DNA of 52,583 bases, from IMG/VR virus record IMGVR_UViG_3300010371_000043, positions 1-52,583 of that record; one strand, written 5' to 3'. The translations under genes were made by a program, and so were the position numbers. This document shows positions 28,916 to 38,349 of the stretch, piece after piece. The notes below the pieces were generated by a model, which ran no database searches, had not been told where the DNA came from, and saw nothing but the letters and a program-made list of their open reading frames with translations. The first letter of the stretch is position 1, and each line of letters begins with the position of its first letter. Source of the DNA: a virus (Duplodnaviria > Caudoviricetes).

Positions 28916-30049
28916 TTACCGGACACGCCCCTCACGTTGCGCGACGGTCAAATCAGCCTCGAATTGCGCTGCCTGTGCCTCTCGGCCGGCATAAAATCCG
29001 CGGCGCTTGTCGTCGTAGAACTTCGTGATCTGAGCGCGAGTGATGAATGGCTTGTCTGCGGGCATCGCGGTGTCACCGCTTGCCGGCTTCGCCTTGCCGG
29101 GGGCTGCGAGCGTTTGCAGGTCCACCGCTGCGGTACGAGGAGTAGGCAGATCAGCCTGCTGCTCACCTTGCGGGGTCTGAACCGTCTGACCCGTGGCACG
29201 GACTTCCCCTACGAAGTCCCGGAAGAGAGCGATCACGCGAGGGGCGTCTGCCGCTGCGTAGGCCGTTCTCAACATGTCCCTTCGTATCTGCCCAGTGTAA
29301 ATATTCGGTAAAGCGAGCCATGTGAGGAATTGCTGGCTCTTATTGATGGCCGCCCAGTCCGGGACAGCCTGCGTCAGCGCGCTTCGCAATTCCTTCTGAC
29401 CTGTTGAAGTTACTTGCTTTTTGAGGTTCTGGTTCTCGGTCCGCAGGCTCTCGATCTCCGGTCCGATCGTCTCCATGGCGGCGCGTTTCGCGACATCGAT
29501 CAGGTCGTCGCCATAGGTCTCGCGATCCTGATCCGTGATCAACTTTTTGTGAACCTGAGTGTGGTCCTGAGCCACCGGTTTGCTTGAAGTCGGCTGTAGC
29601 AGCGCCTGCGTTCGGGTCAATTCATCGGCAAGCTCCTGCATTTGCTGGCGATCTGCCCCGCTCTGGCGCACCTGCGCGTCATAGCGCCCCTTCATCGACA
29701 AGAACCGATGACGCCACTCGGACGCCGAGATACCCTCGTCGTCGGTCGAAACGCCCGGCTTGGTGGGGTCCGGCTGCTGGGTCTGGGGATGCGTCTGCGC
29801 GGCGGCGCGAGCGGCTTCCGCGCGGGCGGCCTCTTCTGCCGCGGCGGCGGCATCGCCGGGCTGGGCGGCCGGCGTAGCGTGGGTGTGTTCTGGCTGGGCT
29901 GGCTGCGGCAGGTCCTCCTTGTAGACCTGCTTGTGGAGCGCGTCGGCGGCGTTCGCCTGCTGCTTGACGTGGTCTGGGATACGGACGTTCGGGTCCACCG
30001 AGAAGTCAGTAAGTCCTTTTCCGTCAGATAGTTGGTCGTTGGCGGCCAT
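28916..30049 (-). CDS. capsid scaffolding protein
   Basis: 377 aa; Ala/Gln-rich linker, coiled coil, VPDWAAIN, C-terminal AQREGRVR; GGAG RBS. Confidence 0.75.
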   Translation of the reverse strand: MAANDQLSDGKGLTDFSVDPNVRIPDHVKQQANAADALHKQVYKEDLPQPAQPEHTHATPAAQPGDAAAAAEEAARAEAARAAAQTHPQTQQPDPTKPGVSTDDEGISASEWRHRFLSMKGRYDAQVRQSGADRQQMQELADELTRTQALLQPTSSKPVAQDHTQVHKKLITDQDRETYGDDLIDVAKRAAMETIGPEIESLRTENQNLKKQVTSTGQKELRSALTQAVPDWAAINKSQQFLTWLALPNIYTGQIRRDMLRTAYAAADAPRVIALFRDFVGEVRATGQTVQTPQGEQQADLPTPRTAAVDLQTLAAPGKAKPASGDTAMPADKPFITRAQITKFYDDKRRGFYAGREAQAAQFEADLTVAQREGRVR

Positions 30050-30064
30050 GGGTAGCACTCCAAA

Positions 30065-30298
30065 TTAACGTGGGGGTGGGTCTCGGGTGAGGTGGCACTC
30101 TTGGAACAGCCGCAGGAGCGCCAGCATCTGCTGGGCTCGACCTTGGCAGCGGAGGATTTCCTCGGACGGCGCCTGTGTTACCGCCACGGTAACTTCGGTC
30201 GCATAGCCGTCGAACGCCTGCACGAAGCGGTCCCAACTCTCGGGATCGGCGTTCTTGAGGCGTAAAGCGTAGTGTTTGATGACGTCAGTAGGGGTCAA
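30065..30298 (-). CDS. small head-assembly-associated protein, 77 aa
   Basis: TTG start overlapping the upstream stop; QGRAQ motif; lies before the scaffold gene. Confidence 0.55.
   Translation of the reverse strand: MTPTDVIKHYALRLKNADPESWDRFVQAFDGYATEVTVAVTQAPSEEILRCQGRAQQMLALLRLFQECHLTRDPPPR
30177..30193. promoter_or_regulatory. palindrome copy 4 (perfect, intragenic)
   Basis: GTTACCGCCACGGTAAC, encodes VTVAVT. Confidence 0.6.
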
Positions 30299-30516
30299 GC
30301 AATTCCGTTTCCGCCCCACGTACCACTGCCGATACCATCGGGAGCGGGTGCAGGCTGTGCCATGGGGGTGGCTTTGCCGTAGGACTGGAACGACGCGGGA
30401 CCGCCGCCGGTGGCTGCACCGGGAAGCGCGCGTTGGTTCGAGCCCTTGTTGGGTGAATTATCGAGGGTGCCCGCCTTGGAGTGTGGCTTGAGGGGCGTCA
30501 TGTGCTTCTTGAACAT
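30295..30516 (-). CDS. hypothetical Gly/Pro-rich protein, 73 aa
   Basis: Coupled start with GGAGG RBS; SYGKA.PMA motif shared with the upstream ORF (DYGKAPPMA). Confidence 0.55.
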   Translation of the reverse strand: MFKKHMTPLKPHSKAGTLDNSPNKGSNQRALPGAATGGGPASFQSYGKATPMAQPAPAPDGIGSGTWGGNGIA

Positions 30517-30764
30517 CAGAAGCCTCCGATGTTGGAGTTGCCGCCGCTGTGCCCGAACGGGCTCGGTGGCGCCATGGGTGGGGCCTTCCCGTAGTCACGG
30601 GTGTTGCCGCCCCCCGGAGGGATCGGCTTGATGCGGGCTTGCGGGCCCCCAAGACCAGTCCCCGGCTTCGGTGGCTTGATCCCGACCGTCGGCGTCGCTC
30701 CCGGTGAGGGGACCGAACGCGGCGCGGTCGGCGTTCTGCCGCTGATGGAGGACCGGTTGACCAT
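30516..30764 (-). CDS. hypothetical Pro-rich protein, 82 aa
   Basis: TAATG and TGATG coupling on both sides. Confidence 0.55.
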   Translation of the reverse strand: MVNRSSISGRTPTAPRSVPSPGATPTVGIKPPKPGTGLGGPQARIKPIPPGGGNTRDYGKAPPMAPPSPFGHSGGNSNIGGF

Positions 30765-31036
30765 TAGCGAGCGCCGGTCTGTCCAGCGGTCGCGGGCACG
30801 GCGCCCTCGTAACCGAACATCTTGGTCGAGCCGCCCTTGGCGAACTTGTCGCCGGTGCTCGGACCCGGGCCGGAAGCCCCATGGTCAGTCGTACCGGAGC
30901 CCTGTCCGTGTGCGCCATCGGCCGGTGCGGTCGTGGTGCGGTCGCCCTTGCCAAACATCGGGGTGTTGCCACCCTTGGCAAAGTCGGCCTTCTTCTCGGT
31001 CTTCTTCTGGAAGCCGCCGTTCAATGAACCAGCCAT
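30764..31036 (-). CDS. hypothetical Gly-rich protein, 90 aa
   Basis: GGAG RBS; internal repeat FAKGGNTPMFG/FAKGGSTKMFG. Confidence 0.6.
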   Translation of the reverse strand: MAGSLNGGFQKKTEKKADFAKGGNTPMFGKGDRTTTAPADGAHGQGSGTTDHGASGPGPSTGDKFAKGGSTKMFGYEGAVPATAGQTGAR

Positions 31037-31088
31037 CGGTGTGTCTCCAAAGTGGGAAGAAATCCCGGGGAGCATACCGATGGCTGTG

Positions 31089-31103
31089 CTAAAGAAACGT
31101 TAA
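31089..31103 (-). promoter_or_regulatory. CtrA-like box (1 mismatch)
   Basis: CTAA-AGAAACG-TTAA, 53 nt upstream of ATG 31036; TATGCT 12 nt downstream; includes a TAA stop codon. Confidence 0.6.
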
Positions 31104-31693
31104 GACGCTTTGGTGAGGAGGACGAGCCGTTCGTCCTTGTGGGTCTGCACTACTTCGGCGTGGCTGATCGACGGGAGCGCCTGCATCAGTGGCACGAGAA
31201 ACTTCTCCCAGACGTCGAAGTCGGCGATCTTATAGGGACACAACTCCTCGATCGCGTAGACGCCGCCGGGGGCAAGCTGGTCCCAGAGCATCATGCAGAG
31301 CTTCGCCTGCGGCCCCGGATCGTGGACTGCGTCGTCGCAAATGAAGTCGAACGGCGGGGCGCCGAACACCTGCAGGGCGTTGTAGAGTGCGTGCGGCTCG
31401 TAGGCGTCCGCGAGCGCAGTGGTGATCCGCCACTGATCGTTGAAGATGAAGCGTGGGTCGTTGTCGATCCCATAGACAGTAGCCTGCGGGAAATACTCGC
31501 GCCATGCGAACAGGCTCGCTCCGATGACGTTGTTGGGGATGTCCCGGAAGCCGCAGATGCCGATCTCCAAGACGTTCTTGATCGCCTGCGGGCCGTCGCG
31601 GCGCCCCAGCAGGTATTTCTCGTAGGCTGGGGTGTAACCCCAGATGCCCTTGTCGGTGCCGTAGAACGTGAACAGTTCTTCAAGCGAACTCAT
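31100..31693 (-). CDS. class I SAM-dependent O-methyltransferase (sugar O-MTase-like)
   Basis: YGTDK...VLEIGI...GASL.AW.EYFP...GID...FD.I.DD..H...L.PGG.Y.IEE; ATGA coupling, GGAG RBS. Confidence 0.85.
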   Translation of the reverse strand: MSSLEELFTFYGTDKGIWGYTPAYEKYLLGRRDGPQAIKNVLEIGICGFRDIPNNVIGASLFAWREYFPQATVYGIDNDPRFIFNDQWRITTALADAYEPHALYNALQVFGAPPFDFICDDAVHDPGPQAKLCMMLWDQLAPGGVYAIEELCPYKIADFDVWEKFLVPLMQALPSISHAEVVQTHKDERLVLLTKAS

Positions 31694-32349
31694 TGTGGTC
31701 TCCGAAAGTTGTCGAACATCGAGACATTGTGATCTGCCATGTACACTTCGACCGGCAGACGGTGGCGCTTCTCGACGCGCGCCCACGTATTGACCTCCCA
31801 CTCGACATTGAGCGTTTTCGCGATATGTCGTCGAGCGGCGACACGCACCGCGTAGTCGAACTGGTCAACGAGCTTCTTCGGCACCGCGATCATCGATCCG
31901 CAGAACCGCCAGCACGGATAGGAACTCTCCACCGCCGCGGGCTCACCTTGGCACCCGGGCGCATAAATCTTCTTGTCGTCGAGCCGCTGGACGAACTCAT
32001 AGATCGACTGGTTGTTGACCCCGGGTAACCGGAAGATGCCGTAGTCGATCCACACCAACACGTCCGCGTCGGGGTCGTCATCCGCCGCGGCGACGAGCCA
32101 CGACGACTTCTGGTGGTTGACGGCATGATAGGCCAGCGTGTTCTTCGCGGAGTTGTCGTGCTCGGACACCGTCGGGATGTAATCTAGCGAGTGGACATGC
32201 TTCCATAGCCACGTATCCTCGACGCGCATATAGAACGCCTTCTTCGGGATCGGGACGCCGCTCAGCCGCTCGCCGAGTTCGCCGTATTCCGCCGCGGTGC
32301 GCGGATGACCCGGGATCGGGACATAGCCGGTGACCAGCTTAACCCTCAT
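31690..32349 (-). CDS. HtrL/WlaTC-like glycosyltransferase
   Basis: LVTGY...K.......A.......WIDYGI...WRFCGS...WEVNTWA motifs. Confidence 0.65.
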   Translation of the reverse strand: MRVKLVTGYVPIPGHPRTAAEYGELGERLSGVPIPKKAFYMRVEDTWLWKHVHSLDYIPTVSEHDNSAKNTLAYHAVNHQKSSWLVAAADDDPDADVLVWIDYGIFRLPGVNNQSIYEFVQRLDDKKIYAPGCQGEPAAVESSYPCWRFCGSMIAVPKKLVDQFDYAVRVAARRHIAKTLNVEWEVNTWARVEKRHRLPVEVYMADHNVSMFDNFRRPQ

Positions 32350-34336
32350 AGAAGTCACTCAGCATCGCCGACACCTCGGTTGCAGCTACGCGGGCGATCC
32401 GCGCCTCGCAGTCGCGCACGCCGTAGGAGACGACGAGATCGACGCCGTTCGGGTGCGCTGCCAGCCCGGCTGCGAACTCGATCTGCCGGTCGTGGAAGCA
32501 GAACGGCACGGAGAGCCGGCGCAGCGTATGGTCCTCGCTGAGCCACACCCAGCGGTGGATATAGACACGCCGGTAATCGCCGGGGTCGATCGCCTCGTGG
32601 ACGATGCCCAACCACCCATTCTTGAACTTGATTAGCGGGCTACCACCACTGATGTTGTCAACTGCCGGGAGACCCACTTTGACTGATATACCGTCGCTGG
32701 CGCGGATCGTATCAAGTCGGTCGATATAGAACAGATGGTCATCTGGGATCGGCATCCAGTTCTTCTCGCACGTCGAACCGTTCGAAAGCGCCTTCCATTC
32801 GGTGATCTCCCACCCATCGTCGAGTTGACAGAGAATTTGCTGCGGCATTCCCGACGCAAGCTGTTCGCGGATGCAGGCGGTCGCCATCCAGAACCCGCCA
32901 TGGTGGAAGAGGCGCATGTCCTCCAAGCCGGTGACGAGATCGAACGCGGGCGCCGGCCGCTCCCACATGATCTCCATTTGTCCGGCCCTGTTAACGAGAT
33001 CGTTGTCAAGCCGCACAAACAGGTTGATGGTGTTGATCGGGTTGGTGCCGTTGGCCTCACTCCCGTCCTTCTTGATCAGGTAGCGGCCGTCGCCGTCGAT
33101 CGTGTAATTCACCGTGCGAACGATCGCGCATAAGCCGCCCGTGTCCGGGTCGTTCGCCACTGATGGGTTCATCGCGGTGTAACCCGCGGGTGGTCGCACC
33201 TCGATCAGCTTAGACGAGAACGAGGGACAGTGCGCGCTGAGCGGCTTGACGTACCAGCGCAGGTTCTGTCGCGCGCCCCAACGCACGTGTGGCGGCACCG
33301 AGGGATCGAGCGCCAAGCTATTCGCACAGGCGGCGCCGCGCTTCTTGTCCTCATCGGTCCCATAGAACCCGAGGATCGTGTACTCTTCCTTGAAGCCCCA
33401 GTTGTAGACCCAATCCGGCACGAAGAGGAGATCGTCCGGCCGCTTCGCGCCGTAACCGGCGCGAAGGAACATGAGGGCGGTCGCCTGCTGGCCGGGCTTT
33501 AAGCGATAGTGCTTGGTGAGATCGTGGAGCACTTCGGCGCGCTGCGGGCGCATACTGTAGGCCGTCAGCATGTCGGTAACGAACTGGCTCTCGACCCCTT
33601 GGTTGTTCATGCAATGGGCAAGCTTGACTTGTGCGTTATGAACCTCTTCGTCCCAGCCGCCGATCGCGATCCGCTTGCGGTAGGCGAACTCCGCGGACGC
33701 CCACTTCCCTATGTCCATGTACGAGTTGCCGAGATAGAACCATGTCCGTGGGTTCTCGGGGTCACACTCCAACTCCGCTGTCAGAAGGACGATGTCCCGT
33801 TCGGCCTTGTTCGTCCGGTTGGCGCCGTCGGCATGGTCGAGGAAGTCGACACCGGTGAGTTGTCCGGCGACCGCGATATCCAGATACTCGTGTGTGGCAC
33901 CCCGGTAGAGCGCGGTCGCCTTGGTGTTGAGCAGGCGCGTGTTCGCATAGGAGACACCGCCGGCGCACTGCAGCACCGTATAAGCGGGCGCGTCTTTCCG
34001 CAGGTTAGAGAACGGCGCCGGGATGGTCGGGTCCACCCGCATTTCCATGTCGGCATCGCAGAGAAGGAAGAAGTCGGCGGGGTGGCGTCGCTGCTGCGCG
34101 CGGCCGAGAGCGAGCGCGTCGTTGCGCGCCTGCGAGAAGTCACGGAACGCCCCTTTACCGATGACGCCGGGGATCAAGCGGTCCTTGAAGAACTGCTTGA
34201 TCACCTCGATCGTCTCGTCGGTCGAGCCCGTGTCGAGAATGGCGTAGTTGGAAATGTAGGGCGCAACGGAAGCGAGGCAACGCTCAATGCGCGCAGCCTC
34301 GTTCTTCACGATCATATTCAAACACAGTCGGGTCAT
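32339..34336 (-). CDS. GT2 glycosyltransferase + TPR + beta-propeller (GH130-like) fusion
   Basis: LCLNMIVKNE, DTGSTD, DAD, HEY; TPR segment RTWFYLGNSY; C-domain NPSV, GLEDMRLF, EKNWMP, IEFAAGL, SYGVRD. Confidence 0.85.
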   Translation of the reverse strand: MTRLCLNMIVKNEAARIERCLASVAPYISNYAILDTGSTDETIEVIKQFFKDRLIPGVIGKGAFRDFSQARNDALALGRAQQRRHPADFFLLCDADMEMRVDPTIPAPFSNLRKDAPAYTVLQCAGGVSYANTRLLNTKATALYRGATHEYLDIAVAGQLTGVDFLDHADGANRTNKAERDIVLLTAELECDPENPRTWFYLGNSYMDIGKWASAEFAYRKRIAIGGWDEEVHNAQVKLAHCMNNQGVESQFVTDMLTAYSMRPQRAEVLHDLTKHYRLKPGQQATALMFLRAGYGAKRPDDLLFVPDWVYNWGFKEEYTILGFYGTDEDKKRGAACANSLALDPSVPPHVRWGARQNLRWYVKPLSAHCPSFSSKLIEVRPPAGYTAMNPSVANDPDTGGLCAIVRTVNYTIDGDGRYLIKKDGSEANGTNPINTINLFVRLDNDLVNRAGQMEIMWERPAPAFDLVTGLEDMRLFHHGGFWMATACIREQLASGMPQQILCQLDDGWEITEWKALSNGSTCEKNWMPIPDDHLFYIDRLDTIRASDGISVKVGLPAVDNISGGSPLIKFKNGWLGIVHEAIDPGDYRRVYIHRWVWLSEDHTLRRLSVPFCFHDRQIEFAAGLAAHPNGVDLVVSYGVRDCEARIARVAATEVSAMLSDFYEG

Positions 34337-34367
34337 TTTGCACGGACCTTCGGTTGGGGGTCATATT

Positions 34368-35054
34368 TTAGCGGCTGGGGCTCGGGCCTCCATGGGAGAT
34401 TTTGAACCACGCCCCCGTCAGGCCGATGAAGATACCGGTCTGGTTGGTGCCGGTCAGGCCCGTGACGCCGGTGTAGTTGAAGCCGGTCATGCTGACCGCC
34501 CCCGTCCCGCCGTTCGCGTTCCAGATCGCACCCGCAATGCCGGGGTCGACGCTCGGCGGTTTCCACACCGTTGTGGTGTTCAGCGGGCCGTAGCGGCCGG
34601 CGTAATCGCTGGCCACGCCGGTCGGCCCGGTGACGCCGGTGGCGCCGGTGGCCGAAGCCGCACCCGTTGCACCCGGCAAGGACGAGCCGCCCGTCGGGCC
34701 GGTCTGCCCGGTCGGTCCGGTGGCGCCGGTGGTCCCGGTGTTGCCGGCAGGTCCCTGCGGACCCTGATAGCCGGTCGAGCCGGTCGGACCCGTATTCAGG
34801 ATGCCGGGGCCGGTCGGGCCTACGCCCGTTGGGCCGGTCGGGCCAGTAAACGCCGCAGCGCCACCGCCCGTTGGTCCTTTGGCCCCGGTGGGGCCAAGCG
34901 GACCCGGGATGTTCTTTGCGTTGATCAGGTCGACGACTTCCTTGAGGGCCGCCGGGATACGGTTGTCGTCGTAGGTCATGTGGACGTCGGTGTCGTTCCG
35001 AACATCGGGGTCCGGTGTAACCGGGACCCCGAAGACGCTGTTTCCTACTGCCAT
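34368..35054 (-). CDS. collagen-like protein
   Basis: GPT triplets; YDDN.....[10 protein letters not shown]-domain and PP..DP...G..W C-domain shared with the upstream gene. Confidence 0.8.
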   Translation of the reverse strand: MAVGNSVFGVPVTPDPDVRNDTDVHMTYDDNRIPAALKEVVDLINAKNIPGPLGPTGAKGPTGGGAAAFTGPTGPTGVGPTGPGILNTGPTGSTGYQGPQGPAGNTGTTGATGPTGQTGPTGGSSLPGATGAASATGATGVTGPTGVASDYAGRYGPLNTTTVWKPPSVDPGIAGAIWNANGGTGAVSMTGFNYTGVTGLTGTNQTGIFIGLTGAWFKISHGGPSPSR

Positions 35055-35066
35055 GTCAGCCTCCTA

Positions 35067-35576
35067 TTAACCGGCCGAGACGGTGAGGACGCCCGCGTTC
35101 ACCCAGACCTGTCCGTTGGCATGCGGGTCGGAGGTCGGCGGGATGATGACGATGCCAACGGTGCCCGACGGCCCGGTCGGGCCGGTTGCTCCGGTGGGGC
35201 CAGCAGGACCTGCAGGACCGACAACGCCGGTGCCCGTCGGGCCGGTGGGGCCGGTGACGCCATTGGCGGCGCCGGTTGCGCCTGCGGCGCCCGCGGGACC
35301 AGTGGCGCCGGGCCCTGTCGGTCCGGTGACGCCCGTGATGCCCTGTACGCCGTTCGGACCCTGCGGTCCGGGGACTGAAATGTTGGTGCCGGTCGGGCCG
35401 GTGCTGCCGGCAGGGCCGGTGTTGCCCGTCGCGCCGGTGGAGGCGCCGGTCGGTCCGGCTGGGCCGGTGACGCCGGTGGGGCCGCCCACGCTGCCATTGT
35501 TGATGACGTCGACCACCTGCTTGAGGACGCTACCCAGCATGTTGCGGTCGTAGTTGCGTGAGCTAAGAATTGCCAT
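35067..35576 (-). CDS. collagen-like protein
   Basis: YDRN.....[12 protein letters not shown] triplets, C-terminal PTSDPH.NGQVW.NAGVL.VSAG. Confidence 0.8.
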   Translation of the reverse strand: MAILSSRNYDRNMLGSVLKQVVDVINNGSVGGPTGVTGPAGPTGASTGATGNTGPAGSTGPTGTNISVPGPQGPNGVQGITGVTGPTGPGATGPAGAAGATGAANGVTGPTGPTGTGVVGPAGPAGPTGATGPTGPSGTVGIVIIPPTSDPHANGQVWVNAGVLTVSAG

Positions 35577-35649
35577 CGAAGTCCCCTGTCAGTTTTCACT
35601 GGCCTCAGCCCCATCGGCTGAACATGCCCGCGAGAGCACCACACTCACC

Positions 35650-35664
35650 TTAAAAAGCTCTTAA
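35650..35664 (-). promoter_or_regulatory. CtrA-like box (perfect)
   Basis: TTAA-AAAGCTC-TTAA, intergenic, 74 nt upstream of ATG 35576. Confidence 0.65.
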
Positions 35665-35668
35665 GAGA

Positions 35669-37969
35669 TCAGCCCACGCCCCCCGTAACCTGTTTGGCGC
35701 CGGGGCCCGGCTGGTTGCCGAGAAGATGCGTCTGGGGTCCCATCGACTTGGAAAGCGGCGAGGGCTGCGCGCCCTGCGCTTGGCTGGCTTCGCTCGACAG
35801 GTCCATGGACGGATTGTTCGTCGCGGTGACGCCCGAGGGCGGCAGCGCGCCGCTACCCGGGGGCGTGCCGATGTGTGCCGGCGGGCCTTCGCCCATCTGC
35901 TCGTGCTGCGCGAGGACGCCGGACGTCAACTCCTTGGTGATCAGCTTGACACCGGCAGCAACACCTTCTTGGACGTTCTTCTGGATCAGCGCGTCGATGT
36001 CGCCACCCTGCTGCGACTGCTGCTGTTGCTGCTTCATCATCTGGTCGATGGCGTCCTCGCTCGGGACGATGTCGTCGCCCGGCATACCGATCGTCGTCGA
36101 CACACTGCGCAGCACGGTCGAGCGGCCCTTGAGCCCCATGATCTTCATGTCAGTCGGGTTGTTCGTTGCCTGCAGGAACTCGATTTGTCGCTGGCGCAGG
36201 GTCTCGCGCTGGATCGCCACGTTGACGCCCTGCACGGTGACCTTCTCCTCGCCGGTGAGTAGCCCACTCGTATCGGTCAACATCAACAGGTCGAACAGTT
36301 GGAGAAGACATTCCTCCAACACGTCACGGTCGATGTTCGCGCTCACTGTCTGCAAAATCTTCGAGGCATTCCCCATGAGCATCGCTAGGCCCGATGCGGT
36401 CCTGCCAGCACCACCACCAGCCTGCCCACCGACATACTTCGGGATCGCCGAGACGTCGTCCGCAATGCTGATGAACTCCTGATACACTTGGATCAGCGGC
36501 GCCGCGTTGTTCGCCGGCATGAAGAAGCTGATCGGCTGCTTCGTCTGGCTCTGAACGGGGTCGCTGCGGACATGCCATCGCTTCCATGGATACAGGTCCT
36601 CTCCGTTTTCCTCGGGCGCGAGCATGTCGTCGTTGACCACGACCTGTGGTCCCGACGAGATCGAGACGTTGTTTACAATCGACCGGAGGGTGGCGTTCGC
36701 GACTTCTTGTAGGTCTTGAAGCAGATCGGTGAGGCCGTTCCCGACGGGCGTGCCCGGGACTTTCTCGAAAGACGTGATGAAATAGGGATGACGCTGGCGC
36801 GGTGACGGGGAGAGGTGGGCTTTAATGACATGACTGCCCACAACCCAGATTTGAACGTGGTAATCGCGGAGTTCATCCGGGACCGCCATTCCATAATCCT
36901 GCAGCAGACGCCCTTGAACATTGCCGTTGAACTCCATCATGGAGATCATCCCGGAGCGGTTCCACGCTGGGTTCTCACGGTTTTCGAGGACGCTGCGCTC
37001 GGCGTCGGTCGTGTCCCAGTTGTCATAGAGGCCGCCTCGACCGTACTCGTCGAGCACCATCCTGATCTCGTCCTGATTGTAGCCGGGGAGATCAAGCAGA
37101 TCGTTAAGCTCGGCGCGGGTGACGCGCAGCTTCTCGATCACATTGGCGTTCGCGATGTCGGCCACGCCCGGCGTGAACCAGAGGTCGAACGGCGAGACCC
37201 GGTTCCACGTCAGCGTGGGCACCTGCTGCACCGTCGGCTGGCCGCCACCTTTGCCCCATGTCACCTTCGGGCAGACCTTGACGACGGGACCCTTGATACA
37301 GGCAAACGGGAAGATCGGCAGGTCGACCAAGAACTCGGCGAGCGCGTGATAGAAGCCGCCCTGCCGCAGCATGTCCTCGATCTTGTCCTCGCTCGCGCGG
37401 GCCTGTTTGGTCGCCTTCTTCTTGGCGGCCTCCTCGGCCTGATCGAGCAGGTTGCGCTTGCGGTCCGCCATGTCGGACGGCGACGGCGGCTGGCCAAGTT
37501 GCTGGGTCACCATCTGACCCTCTTGCTGGATCAACTGGTCGATCTGCGCCTTGACGTCGTCCGGGATGTCGGGGTCCGCCGGCGCTTGGAGCGCCCACGG
37601 CTGGTCCTGCCCGAGGTAGATGTCCCGCAACAACGACGACGCCGCGCGGCACTTCTGCGCGATCATGCGCGCGTAGACCGTCGAGCCGCCCATCTTGGTG
37701 ATCTCGACGAGCTTGGTCGGATCGTACTGACCGTTGAATGTGCGCAACGCCGCGAGCATCCGATTGGACCAGCCCGCCTGCGTGTTGCGGTGGTTTCGGA
37801 AAATCTCGAACTGTGCTTTCACATACCCGGCGAGTTCCGGGTACTGCGTGATGTTGCTCTGAGCGGCATCCTGAACCTGCGCCTTCTGTGTCGCGGCAGT
37901 CTGTAGCTGCTGCTCCAACTGAGCCGGCGCGGTAAACTGGATTACGCCCTCCTGTCCAAGATTGGCCAT
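35669..37969 (-). CDS. portal protein (P22/N4-like)
   Basis: 766 aa from MANLGQ; RVSPFDLW..PG, PYF...FEKVPG, ISSGPQV, RTASGLAMLMGNA motifs; downstream of terminase. Confidence 0.85.
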   Translation of the reverse strand: MANLGQEGVIQFTAPAQLEQQLQTAATQKAQVQDAAQSNITQYPELAGYVKAQFEIFRNHRNTQAGWSNRMLAALRTFNGQYDPTKLVEITKMGGSTVYARMIAQKCRAASSLLRDIYLGQDQPWALQAPADPDIPDDVKAQIDQLIQQEGQMVTQQLGQPPSPSDMADRKRNLLDQAEEAAKKKATKQARASEDKIEDMLRQGGFYHALAEFLVDLPIFPFACIKGPVVKVCPKVTWGKGGGQPTVQQVPTLTWNRVSPFDLWFTPGVADIANANVIEKLRVTRAELNDLLDLPGYNQDEIRMVLDEYGRGGLYDNWDTTDAERSVLENRENPAWNRSGMISMMEFNGNVQGRLLQDYGMAVPDELRDYHVQIWVVGSHVIKAHLSPSPRQRHPYFITSFEKVPGTPVGNGLTDLLQDLQEVANATLRSIVNNVSISSGPQVVVNDDMLAPEENGEDLYPWKRWHVRSDPVQSQTKQPISFFMPANNAAPLIQVYQEFISIADDVSAIPKYVGGQAGGGAGRTASGLAMLMGNASKILQTVSANIDRDVLEECLLQLFDLLMLTDTSGLLTGEEKVTVQGVNVAIQRETLRQRQIEFLQATNNPTDMKIMGLKGRSTVLRSVSTTIGMPGDDIVPSEDAIDQMMKQQQQQSQQGGDIDALIQKNVQEGVAAGVKLITKELTSGVLAQHEQMGEGPPAHIGTPPGSGALPPSGVTATNNPSMDLSSEASQAQGAQPSPLSKSMGPQTHLLGNQPGPGAKQVTGGVG

Positions 37970-38013
37970 CGGTGGTTCCACGTTTGCGCCCGCGGAACAT
38001 AGCCGTGCCCCCC

Positions 38014-38028
38014 TAAAGAACTTCTTAA
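38014..38028. promoter_or_regulatory. CtrA-like box (1 mismatch), possibly serving divergent promoters
   Basis: TAAA-GAACTTC-TTAA(C); TATGTT 12 nt away on the minus strand (portal ATG at 45 nt); TAGCAA 11 nt away on the plus strand (ATG 38071 at 43 nt). Confidence 0.6.
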
Positions 38029-38070
38029 CGCCATACCCGTAGCAATGGTGGGACGAAAGGGGCACCACCA

Positions 38071-38349
38071 ATGGACCAGCACGGCGCGTTCACCTACTGG
38101 CTCGGCAACGGCACGGCGGCAGCGGCGATCGTTGGCACATTGCTCGGCTGGGCTCCCGCAATCGCCGCCGTCATCGCCGGCGGCTGGTACCTTCTACAGA
38201 TGTACGAGAGCAAGACCGTGCAAGGATACGTGCGGGACCGCCGCATCCGCAGGTTGGCGCGGCTGAAAGCCTCAGCGATTATGTTGGAGGCGAAGCTCAA
38301 GCACGCCGAGACCCCGCTGCCGCCCGAGTTCACAACCCCGTCGCACTAA
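38071..38349 (+). CDS. holin-like membrane protein, antisense to the late module
   Basis: 92 aa; hydrophobic AAAAIVGTLLGWAPAIAAVIAGGWYLL followed by a basic tail; AAGGGG RBS; fills the terL-portal gap. Confidence 0.6.
   Translation: MDQHGAFTYWLGNGTAAAAIVGTLLGWAPAIAAVIAGGWYLLQMYESKTVQGYVRDRRIRRLARLKASAIMLEAKLKHAETPLPPEFTTPSH

Noticed and set aside
37970-38071. Longer ORF-track start for the portal (and similarly 42755, 43293, 41884, 31801, 15935)
   Set aside because: The extensions cross promoter elements or upstream genes; downstream ATGs have better RBS or stop-start coupling.
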